From Vicinamibacteria bacterium (GTDB taxonomy: Bacteria > Acidobacteriota > Vicinamibacteria > Marinacidobacterales > Marinacidobacteraceae): DNA of 64,000 bases. The stretch spans positions 800,001-864,000 of the forward strand of contig CAXXLQ010000004.1 in assembly GCA_963668695.2 (NCBI GenBank), written 5' to 3'. The notes under the pieces were generated by a model that saw only the letters and a list, made by a program, of their open reading frames with translations, had not been told where the DNA came from and made no database searches. Positions 50,136 through 58,036 of this stretch are shown in pieces. Positions within the stretch are counted from its first letter, which is position 1, and each line of letters begins with the position of its first letter. The translations under genes were made by a program, and so were the position numbers.

Positions 50136-50471
50136 ATGAAGAAGTACCTGGTGATCTACCACCTGCCCATGTCGTTCCTGCAGATGGCGAAGGATGCCGA
50201 CCCGGCGGAAATGAAGGCCGGGATGGAAGCCTGGATGGCGTGGTTCGGACGCTGCGGGGAGGCTCTCGTGGACATGGGAACGCAGCTCGGCGGCGGACAG
50301 CGGCTGACCGCCTCCGGGAACTCGCCGAGCGAGCGGAACGTAGTGGGCTACTCGATCCTCGAGGCAGAGAACATGAAAACGGCCCAGGCCCTGCTCGCCG
50401 ACCACCCGCACCTCGCGTGGTCGCCGGACTGCGAGGTCGAGGTGCACGAGATGGCCGGAGGGTCCGGCTGA
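50136..50471 (+). CDS. YciI-like protein
   Basis: MKKYLVIY, WMAWF...LVD.G, GYSILEA, HPHL...EVEVHE. Confidence 0.75.
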   Translation: MKKYLVIYHLPMSFLQMAKDADPAEMKAGMEAWMAWFGRCGEALVDMGTQLGGGQRLTASGNSPSERNVVGYSILEAENMKTAQALLADHPHLAWSPDCEVEVHEMAGGSG

Positions 50472-52648
50472 TCCGTCCACTCCTCACCCTTCGGGGCGCG
50501 GCGGGAGTCGTGCTCCTTTCCGGACTCGTATTCGCCTCGGCGGCGGAAGCTCAAGACCGCGAAGCGCGGCCGGTGGCGCGGGCCGTGCGGATCGAGACGC
50601 CCCCGCAAGTGGACGGAGTGCTGGATGAACCGTTCTGGGCGGACATCCCGCCGGTCACGGGTTTCAAGCAGCGCGACCCGGTGGACGGCGCCCCGGCCAG
50701 CGAGCGGACCGAGGTGCGGATCGCCTTCGACGAGAACGCGCTCTATTTCGGGTTCACGTTCTTCGATTCGGAGCCCGACCGGATCCGCCGGGCCATCCTG
50801 GACCGGGGCGGCCGCATCGACAAGGACGACCGGGTCATCATCGGGCTCGACACCTACTTCGACCGCCGGAACGGCTACATCTTCGAGGTCGGCGCGCTCG
50901 GCACCCAGGACGACGCCCTTTTCTCCGACGAGAGCCTCGACCGGCCGGACTGGAACTGGGACGGCGTCTTCACCACCGAGACGACCGTGAACGAGGACGG
51001 CTGGGTGCTCGAGATGGAAATCCCGTTCACCACGATCCGCTTCGCCGACGTGGAAGAGCCGGTCATGGGGATCGCGTTCTCCCGCGCCATCCGGCGGAAG
51101 AACGAAATCGTCGTCTGGCCGCACATCGGCCAGGACTACAAGGGGGGAGTCGCCCAGGCTTCTCAATACGCGAGGCTCACGGGCCTGAAGGACGTGCGCC
51201 GGGGCCACCGCCTCGAAGTGAAGCCCTTCGCCAACCTCGGCACCCAGCGACTCGGGGGGCAGACCGGGTTCGCAGGCGAGTCCACGGCCGGCCTCGACCT
51301 GAAGTACGGCCTGACGTCCAACCTGACGCTGGATCTCACCTGGAACACCGACTTCGCCCAGGTGGAGACGGACAACGCCCAGATCAACCTGAGCCGATTC
51401 GACCTCTTCTTCCCGGAGAAACGCGAGTTCTTCCTGGAACGGGCCGGCCTCTTCGAGTTCGGAACGACCCAGGAGACCGAGGTCTTCTTCAGCCGGCGGA
51501 TCGGCCTCGAAGACGACATCCTGGGAGGCGGCAGGCTGACCGGCCAGGCCGGCCCCATCTCGGTCGGGGCGCTCGGGCTCCGCACCGAGAGCCGGATGCC
51601 CGAAGAAGAAGGCGGTGCGTGGAACTCGGTGGTGCGGCTCCAGGCGAATCTGCACGAACGCACCACCGTGGGAGCGATCGCCACCAGTCTCGACAGCGAG
51701 GGAGGAGCCAGCCGCACCGCCGGCGCGGACTTCGTCACCCGGTTCTGGAGCAGCTCCCAGTTCCGGATGTGGGGGGCCAGGGTGTGGGACTCGGAGGAAG
51801 CCGGAACGGACGAAGGAAGGTCCGCTGCCCGGGCCGAGCTGGAGCTGCAGAACGACCGCTACGCCTTCCGGGTGCGCCGCACGCACGTGGGCAAGGCCTT
51901 CGACCCGGCGCTCGGCTTCGTTCGCCGCCGAGACCAGGACCAGTGGTACGTCTGGGGCGCCTTCACGCCGCGCTTCGAGACGAGCGACTGGGCGCGCCGG
52001 TCCTGGCTCTGGCTGGGCGGGGAGCGTGTCCTCGGTACCGAAGGTGAGCTGCAATCGCGCCAGGCGGGCTCTCACGCGGGGCTCGAGTTCGAGTCCGGAG
52101 AGTCCGTGGAGTTCAACCTGGACAGCCGCTTCGAGCGGTTGCACGGGCCGGCATCGATCAGCGGGCGGGTGCTCTCGCCGGGCGACTACCAGTTCACTTC
52201 CTACGAACTGGGGGCCAAGACGAACGACAGTCGGATGTTCTCCGCTTTTCTCTACGGTTCCACCGGGAGTTTCTGGGGCGGCGATCGGAGCCGGGTGCGG
52301 ACCGGAGTCAGCCTCAAGACCGGTCCCCATCTCACCATCGGGACTCAGGTTTCGCGCAACGCAGTCTCCCTGCCGGTGCCCGATGGCGACTTCACCACCA
52401 CCCTCGTCGCGCTCGACGTTCAGGGCGCGGTCAGCCGCAAACTCTTCGCCGGCGCGCTCGTGCAGTGGGACAACCTCTCAAAGGAACTCCAGGCAAACAT
52501 CCGGGTGGACTGGATCCACACCCCGGGGAGCGACCTCTTCCTGGTCCTGGACACGGGCTACATCACCGACGACACCCTCGACCCGCGGCTCGATCCCTGG
52601 ACCCGCCGGACGGCGGTCGCCAAGCTGACCTGGCTGAAGGCGTTCTGA
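50468..52648 (+). CDS. DUF5916 / CBM9-like protein, copy B (start uncertain, possibly CTG)
   Basis: Close paralog of copy A. The signal peptide ending AEA-QDRE begins at the CTGA overlap. Confidence 0.88.
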   Translation: MIRPLLTLRGAAGVVLLSGLVFASAAEAQDREARPVARAVRIETPPQVDGVLDEPFWADIPPVTGFKQRDPVDGAPASERTEVRIAFDENALYFGFTFFDSEPDRIRRAILDRGGRIDKDDRVIIGLDTYFDRRNGYIFEVGALGTQDDALFSDESLDRPDWNWDGVFTTETTVNEDGWVLEMEIPFTTIRFADVEEPVMGIAFSRAIRRKNEIVVWPHIGQDYKGGVAQASQYARLTGLKDVRRGHRLEVKPFANLGTQRLGGQTGFAGESTAGLDLKYGLTSNLTLDLTWNTDFAQVETDNAQINLSRFDLFFPEKREFFLERAGLFEFGTTQETEVFFSRRIGLEDDILGGGRLTGQAGPISVGALGLRTESRMPEEEGGAWNSVVRLQANLHERTTVGAIATSLDSEGGASRTAGADFVTRFWSSSQFRMWGARVWDSEEAGTDEGRSAARAELELQNDRYAFRVRRTHVGKAFDPALGFVRRRDQDQWYVWGAFTPRFETSDWARRSWLWLGGERVLGTEGELQSRQAGSHAGLEFESGESVEFNLDSRFERLHGPASISGRVLSPGDYQFTSYELGAKTNDSRMFSAFLYGSTGSFWGGDRSRVRTGVSLKTGPHLTIGTQVSRNAVSLPVPDGDFTTTLVALDVQGAVSRKLFAGALVQWDNLSKELQANIRVDWIHTPGSDLFLVLDTGYITDDTLDPRLDPWTRRTAVAKLTWLKAF

Positions 52649-52672
52649 GCCACGCGCCGTGGCGCGAAGGTC

Positions 52673-52720
52673 AGGGACCGCCGGCCAGTTCTCCCGGTGG
52701 GGGCTTCACACCGGCATCGC
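52673..52720. repeat. REP-like palindrome carrying the 19-nt micro-insert
   Basis: GGGACCGCCGG[CCAGTTCTCCCGGTGGGGG]CTTCACACCGGCATCGC. Confidence 0.8.
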
Positions 52721-52791
52721 CCGCCGGAGGCGGGCGAAACGCGGGATGCTCACCACTCCAATGTCGCCTCCCGCGAAGGCGGTGAGAGAGA

Positions 52792-53037
52792 TCAGGGCAC
52801 CTCGTTCATCAAGTCGAGCAGCGCGGCCGATGCATCCAGATCGACTCCTGGGCGAAGTCCCCGACCCCCGACCGTCTTCGGCCGAACACGCGCTCGCGGT
52901 CCGGCCGTGCCCGCCGTGCGCGCGAGCCGTTCGCGCAGCGCCTCCTCGATGAACTCGGTGAGCGTCATGCCCGATCGGACGGCTTCCTGCTTCGCCTCCC
53001 GAAGCAGGGCGTCATCAAGCGGGATCGTCGTTCGCAT
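52792..53037 (-). CDS. VapB-type RHH antitoxin (orphan)
   Basis: MRTTIPLDDALLREAK...GLRPGVDLD; similar to 15053-15298; no PIN gene follows. Confidence 0.82.
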   Translation of the reverse strand: MRTTIPLDDALLREAKQEAVRSGMTLTEFIEEALRERLARTAGTAGPRARVRPKTVGGRGLRPGVDLDASAALLDLMNEVP

Positions 53038-53137
53038 ACCGCCCAAACCTCTGTCTCTGTGGTCCGGAATTCGACATCGTTCGACGGCGCTTCCGTGCCC
53101 CGGGGCGACCGGAAATCAGTGCGTATAATACACACTG

Positions 53138-53321
53138 TTGAGCAGTGCCGAAGTGATCCGGAGACTCAAGCGAAACGGTCCGCAACACGCGCGGCAGCCA
53201 TCATCACTTTGTTCACCCTGATAACTGTGGAAGGGTCACGGTCCCGCATCCCGTCAAGCGAATTCCGACCGGCACCCTCCCGAGCATCTTCCGTCAAGCC
53301 AGGTGGCAATGGAGACCCTGA
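53138..53321 (+). pseudogene. hicA: HicA toxin with internal deletion/frameshift
   Basis: MSSAEVIRRLKRNG / RNTRGSHHHFVHP..GRVTVPHP..IPTGTL.SIFRQA in two frames. TATAAT at 53124-53129. Confidence 0.85.
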
Positions 53322-53728
53322 TGCAACTTCCCATCGTGATCCACAAGGACGAAGACAGCGACTACGGCGTGACCGTGCCGGATCTGCCCGGGTGCTTTTC
53401 CGGTGGCGAGACCCTGGTGGAAGCCATTCAGGCGGCCGGCGAGGCGGTGCTGTCCCATATCGAAGGACTGCTCCTGGCCGGCGAACCGATTCCGGAGGCG
53501 AAGCCGCTCGAAGAACACCGGGCGGCCCCGGAATACCAGGATGGACTCTGGGCGCTGGTTACGGTGGACCTTTCCCGGCTTTCGAGCAAAGCCCGACGGA
53601 TCAACATCACGGTGCCCGCCCGCGTGTTGGCCATCATCGACGAGGCGGCCGCCCGCCAGGGGGAAACACGGTCCGGATTCCTCACTCGGGCTGCGCTCCG
53701 GTATATCGAGCAGGAAGTGAATGCCTGA
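53321..53728 (+). CDS. hicB: HicB antitoxin
   Basis: YGVTVPDLPGCFSGG, RINITVP, ETRSGFL. Confidence 0.93.
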   Translation: MQLPIVIHKDEDSDYGVTVPDLPGCFSGGETLVEAIQAAGEAVLSHIEGLLLAGEPIPEAKPLEEHRAAPEYQDGLWALVTVDLSRLSSKARRINITVPARVLAIIDEAAARQGETRSGFLTRAALRYIEQEVNA

Positions 53729-53755
53729 CGTCCCCCTCGCCGCGCGCCCACCCGC

Positions 53756-53913
53756 CAGGCGAACATCCGGGTGGACTGGTTCCACACCCCGGGGAGCGAC
53801 CTCTTCCTGGTGATCGACACGGGCTACGTCACCGGCGACATCCTCGACCCGCGGCTCGATCCCTCGACCCGCCGGACCGCGGTCGCCAAGCTGGCCTGGC
53901 TCAAGGCTTTCTG
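53756..53913 (+). repeat. 3' tail duplicate of DUF5916 copy B (52490-52648)
   Basis: QANIRVDWFHTPGSDLFLVIDTGY...AVAKLAWLKAF*; roughly 90% identical by eye. Confidence 0.93.
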
Positions 53914-53946
53914 ATTGAATTACGGGTCCCGCCCGGAGGTCCACCC

Positions 53947-54483
53947 ATGTCCCATTCCCCTCGCACGCTCGCTTCCCGCCTCTCTGCCGTCGCAGGGCTC
54001 GCTCTTTTGCTCGGCTCGGTGGCGCCTCCCGCGACCGCGGGTCCCGGCGATGTCGCCGACGTCGCGTCGCTGCAGGCCACCTTCGAGACTGCGGTGACAG
54101 CGCTCAACTCGGGCGACCTGGGGGGCTTTCTGGACACCGTCCACGAGGAAGCGCTCTCCTTCTACGCCTGCGGGCCCACCTCCGGGAAGCAGGGCCGGGA
54201 AGCGTGCGCCATCGACTGGAACCTCTTCTTCAACAACGCGACGGGCGCCGAGTTCCGGACGAGCAACGAGCAGTACCGGGTCATCGGCGGCACCGGGATC
54301 GCCTACGGCGAATACGCGCTCTCCGTCCTCTACGACGGGAAGGAGCGGATGACGGTCCATGAGGGCCGCTACACGATGACCTACATCCGCTCCGGCGACC
54401 GCTGGCAGATCATCATGCAGCACAACACCCCGGCCGGCGACGATCCGCAGCCGGTGAAGAACCTGCGCCCGCCGGGCCGTTAA
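53947..54483 (+). CDS. Secreted NTF2-like (SnoaL/DUF4440) protein
   Basis: Signal peptide; ALNSGDL..FL, GRYTMTY...WQIIMQH. Confidence 0.8.
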   Translation: MSHSPRTLASRLSAVAGLALLLGSVAPPATAGPGDVADVASLQATFETAVTALNSGDLGGFLDTVHEEALSFYACGPTSGKQGREACAIDWNLFFNNATGAEFRTSNEQYRVIGGTGIAYGEYALSVLYDGKERMTVHEGRYTMTYIRSGDRWQIIMQHNTPAGDDPQPVKNLRPPGR

Positions 54484-54717
54484 CAGCCTGTGGATAAAGT
54501 GGTGTGAGCGCCGAGAACGGCCAGTCCTCCCGGTGGGGGCGAGGCGCCCGGCTGACAAGGCGCGCGAGGGAGGAGCCCCCACCGGGAGAACTGGCCCGAG
54601 TGTATTTCGACCGAAGCGCAACGATGAGCGACGCGAAGCGGAGTGTTTCAGCCGGGATGCATCGCCGGTCGAGCCCCCACCGGGAGAACTGGGCCGCATG
54701 ACTTTGTCCACAGGCTG
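54484..54717 (+). mobile_element. MITE copy 4
   Basis: Same TIRs; flanks TTAA (upstream stop codon) / TTGA; three 19-nt inserts. Confidence 0.9.
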
Positions 54718-54838
54718 TTGAGCGCCCACCGCGGCCCCCGGTTCCTCGAGGAAATCTGCAGCGCGCGCCGGGCCGAGTCCCTCCAGATAGCCCTCCAGTT
54801 CCTCCCGGCTCAAGCCGGAATCCGGCGCGCAGTCCGGG
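54718..54838 (-). repeat. 3' tail duplicate of the gene at 56238-56621
   Basis: APDSGLSREELEGYLEGLGPARAADFLEE; 41 bp identical (54758-54798 vs 56281-56321). Confidence 0.9.
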
Positions 54839-54960
54839 ATCAACTACGTTAGTCGACAATGTCTGCAAATCACAAAAACCGTGAAGTTGAGCATTTATAC
54901 TATACTTGCCGTGCATCGCTTATGATGCTCTGAATTCGCTTTTTCCGTGATTTATAGGCA

Positions 54961-55773
54961 ATGCGACATACCACCACTGCACTGGACCCCGTAGTCCCCG
55001 GCCCGCGCCGCCGCCTCGTCGCCGTTCTACGCGAGGCCGGCGACGTCGTTCGCATCGACGACGTCGTGAAGGCGCTTGATATCTCCCGTGCGGACGCCGC
55101 CAAACTGCTCTCGCGGTGGGTGAAGCAGGCGTGGCTCCGGCGGGTCGGTCGCGGCGCCTACCTTCCGGCCTCACTCACCACGCTCGGCAACGTCCACGTT
55201 TTGGACGATCCGTGGATCCTGGTGCCGGCACTGTTCGATCCTGCCTACATCGGCGGTCGCACCGCCGCCGAGCACTGGGATCTCACCAAGCAGATCTTCC
55301 GGGACATTGTGGTCATGACGACGCAGACCGTCCGGGCGAAAACGCAGCATCGGCACGGCGCCATTTTGAGCCTCACCCACATCAGCCCGCAGAAAATCTT
55401 CGGCACCACGACCGTGTGGCGCGGCAGGAGCAGGATCGCCGTCTCCGACGTTCACCGGACCATTGTGGACATCGTGGCGGATCCGGCACTCGGTGGGGGA
55501 ATCCAACAGGTAGCGGATTGCCTGTCGGTGTATCTGAAGTCGAGCGCCCGTAACGACGACCTCCTTCTCGACTACGCGGCACGGCTCGGGAACGGTGCGA
55601 TCTTCAAGCGGCTGGGCTTTCTGGCCGAACGCGATCCGGCGGGTTCGGCGCTCGTAACACCCTGTCGAGAGCGGCTCACGATGGGGTACGCCCGGCTCGA
55701 CTCCGCACTCGAAACTCCACGCCTCATCACTCGGTGGCGGCTGTGGGTCCCTAGCAGCCTGTGGATAAAGTGA
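54961..55773 (+). CDS. Type IV TA AbiEi-family antitoxin; last codons displaced by a MITE
   Basis: N-terminal wHTH (LSRWVKQAWLRRVGRGAY), AYIGGRTAAEHWDLT, SDVHRTIVD, KRLGFL, WRLWVP. Confidence 0.87.
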   Translation: MRHTTTALDPVVPGPRRRLVAVLREAGDVVRIDDVVKALDISRADAAKLLSRWVKQAWLRRVGRGAYLPASLTTLGNVHVLDDPWILVPALFDPAYIGGRTAAEHWDLTKQIFRDIVVMTTQTVRAKTQHRHGAILSLTHISPQKIFGTTTVWRGRSRIAVSDVHRTIVDIVADPALGGGIQQVADCLSVYLKSSARNDDLLLDYAARLGNGAIFKRLGFLAERDPAGSALVTPCRERLTMGYARLDSALETPRLITRWRLWVPSSLWIK

Positions 55774-56059
55774 CGTGAGCACCGAGGCCGGTGAGGCGCC
55801 CGGCTGACAAGGCGCGCGAGGGAGGAGCCCCCACCGGGAGAACTGGCCCGAGTGTATTTCGACCGATGTGCAACGCAGAGCGTCGCGAAGCGCCAGTTCT
55901 CCCGGTGGGGGGGCGGTTCAGCCGGGATGCATCGCCGGTCGCTTCCGGAGCGGGGCGCCAGCACCGCGGAGACCCCGGAGCGGAAGGGACGGGGGGCGGG
56001 GCTACCCGACCCCCATCCCTTCCGGCTCGGGAATGCCGCGTGACTTTGTCCACGGGCTG
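55755..56059 (+). mobile_element. MITE copy 5, with an extra ~90-bp internal hairpin insert
   Basis: TIRs with CTAG/CTAA flanks; extra segment 55941-56031. Confidence 0.88.
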
Positions 56060-56087
56060 CTAAGAGCTGGACTCGCGGGACGGACCC

Positions 56088-56140
56088 ATGATCGACCGCC
56101 GCGAGATCCTGGACAGCGCGACCACGGCATCGCTGTCGCA
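56088..56140 (+). pseudogene. 5' stub of an AbiEii nucleotidyltransferase toxin
   Basis: MIDRREILDSATTASLS; ATGA-coupled to the reconstructed AbiEi stop; remainder missing. Confidence 0.6.
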
Positions 56141-56185
56141 GGCCACGTTCTGCAGCACCACGCCGCTTTCGCCCGCCTCCGGCGG

Positions 56186-56214
56186 GCGATGCCGACCTGG
56201 AGGTCGGCGGTCCC
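56186..56214. repeat. REP-like palindrome (empty form)
   Basis: GCGATGCCGACCTGGAGGTCGGCGGTCCC. Confidence 0.75.
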
Positions 56215-56237
56215 TGGCCAGCTCGACGTGACGCTGG

Positions 56238-56621
56238 TCAGACCTGGGTGATCGCCGTCGCCAGTTCTTCCAGAAAGTCCGCAGCGCGCGCCGGGCCGAG
56301 TCCCTCCAGATAGCCCTCCAGGTCCTCGCGGCTCCACCCCGAGTCCGGGGCGTGGTCCGCGACCATCTCCGCGGCCAGGCTGATGAGCGGGGCCGCCGCC
56401 GACCGGGCGCCGTCGGTCAGGCGCAGGGCCACCTGAATCCCTCCGACCAGCGGGTGGTCCTGCGAGAAACCGCTGATCTCCTCGCTGAGCCGGTGAAGCT
56501 CTTCTGCGAGTTCGGGTGCCTCCGGCAGAACGGACAGGCTCCGGGAAAGCGCGTCGAAGACGTCCCCGAAACGGCGGCGGGCCTTCACGGTCGCGCGGTG
56601 GCCGTCGAGAGGTCGAGTCAC
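56238..56621 (-). CDS. Hypothetical helical protein
   Basis: Host-like codon usage; its tail duplicate conserves the amino-acid sequence. Confidence 0.65.
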   Translation of the reverse strand: MTRPLDGHRATVKARRRFGDVFDALSRSLSVLPEAPELAEELHRLSEEISGFSQDHPLVGGIQVALRLTDGARSAAAPLISLAAEMVADHAPDSGWSREDLEGYLEGLGPARAADFLEELATAITQV

Positions 56622-56715
56622 GGACGATCAGTCTAGGGCAGCCGCAGGCTTCCACCTGACATCTGTAACGGACACTCGTGCGGTATCGTCGCGCGCGGCG
56701 ACGCGGCACACTCAG

Positions 56716-56912
56716 CAGCCGGTGAACAAAGTCACGCGGTATTCGCCCGGCGATGCATCCCGGCTGAAACGCGCTGCTTCGCATCGCTCATCGTTGCGCT
56801 TCGGTCGAAATACACTCGGGCCAGTTCTCCCGGTGGGGGCTCCTCCCTCGCGCGCCTTGTCAGCCGGGCGCCTCACCGGCCTCGGTACTCACGTCACTTT
56901 ATCCACAGGCTG
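56716..56912 (-). mobile_element. MITE copy 6
   Basis: CAGCCGGTGAACAAAGT...ACTTTATCCACAGGCTG; flanks TCAG/CTAA. Confidence 0.88.
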
Positions 56913-56926
56913 CTAAGGAGGGGCTC

Positions 56927-58036
56927 GTGACACCGGACGATTCACCCTACGTGGAGTTCGAGGGGGTCACGAAGACCTACGACGGGGTCACGCCGGTCGT
57001 GGACGGGCTCGACCTCCAGGTCCGGAAGGGCGAGTTCCTGACCCTGCTCGGACCCTCGGGGTCCGGCAAGACCACCTGCCTGATGATGCTGGCCGGGTTC
57101 GAAGCGCCAACCTCCGGCGCCATCCGGATCCGGGGCCGCCCGATCGGCGATCTGCCGCCGCGGAAGCGCGGCATCGGGATGGTGTTCCAGAACTACGCCC
57201 TCTTCCCGCACCTGACGGTGGGGCAGAACCTGTCCTTCCCTCTCGAAGTACGCGGGGTGGACCCGGAGGTCCGCCGCCAGCGGGTGGCGCGCGCCCTTGC
57301 CCTGGTTCGCCTCGAGGGGTACGAGAACCGCAAGACCACCCAGCTCTCCGGGGGTCAGCAGCAGCGGGTGGCCATCGCCCGCGCCCTCGTCTTCGAGCCG
57401 AACCTCGTGCTCATGGACGAGCCGCTCGGCGCCCTCGACCGGCGGCTCCGCGAGGAAATGCAGTACGAAATCCGGCGCATCCAGCGCACCCTCGGGATCA
57501 CCTGCATCTACGTCACCCACGACCAGCAGGAGGCGATGGTGCTCTCGGACCGGGTGGCGGTGTTCCACGACGGCCGCCTGCAGCAGATCGCCAGCCCGGA
57601 GGGGCTCTACGAGGAACCGATGCGGAACTTCGTGGCGCGCTTCATCGGCGAGAACAACCGCCTCTCCGGGCGGATTGAGAGCATCGACGGTGCGGTCTGC
57701 GAAGTCCGGGTAGGAGACGCGCTGATCCAGGCCCTCCGGGTGATTCCCGCCGAAGTGGGGGAGTACACCACCCTGTCCATCCGTCCCGAACGGGTGGGGC
57801 TGGCGCCCGAACCCGGGCTCTACCACAACGAGTTCGAAGCCCGGATACAGGACATCACCTTCCTCGGGGATCACCTGCGAGTCGTGCTCAGCCTGCTCGG
57901 AACGGACGACTTCATCGTAAAGATCCCGAACATCGTGGGCCACGGGGCGGTGATCCCCGGCGACCGGATCCGCGTCGGCTGGACGCCCACCGACTGCCGC
58001 GCGCTCGATCACGAGCCCGAGTCTTCCGAACCATGA
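56927..58036 (+). CDS. Polyamine-type ABC transporter ATP-binding protein (PotA-like)
   Basis: GPSGSGKT, LSGGQQQR, MDEP, TOBE-like tail. Confidence 0.95.
   Translation: MTPDDSPYVEFEGVTKTYDGVTPVVDGLDLQVRKGEFLTLLGPSGSGKTTCLMMLAGFEAPTSGAIRIRGRPIGDLPPRKRGIGMVFQNYALFPHLTVGQNLSFPLEVRGVDPEVRRQRVARALALVRLEGYENRKTTQLSGGQQQRVAIARALVFEPNLVLMDEPLGALDRRLREEMQYEIRRIQRTLGITCIYVTHDQQEAMVLSDRVAVFHDGRLQQIASPEGLYEEPMRNFVARFIGENNRLSGRIESIDGAVCEVRVGDALIQALRVIPAEVGEYTTLSIRPERVGLAPEPGLYHNEFEARIQDITFLGDHLRVVLSLLGTDDFIVKIPNIVGHGAVIPGDRIRVGWTPTDCRALDHEPESSEP

Noticed and set aside
49790-50467. N-terminal extension of DUF5916 copy B (952 aa)
   Set aside because: Overlaps copy A and the YciI-like gene out of frame; the signal peptide begins near 50468.
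52490-53913. Diversity-generating retroelement (TR/VR) as the cause of the tail duplicates
   Set aside because: Mismatches are not confined to adenines in the putative template, many are synonymous, and no RT is in the window.
53059-54483. 474-aa ORF as one gene
   Set aside because: Chance fusion of the HicA 3' frame, off-frame HicB, the tail duplicate and the true NTF2-like gene starting at 53947.
11962-56140. Integron cassette array explaining the TA modules
   Set aside because: No intI, no recognisable attC sites, and the cargo is dispersed and in mixed orientation.
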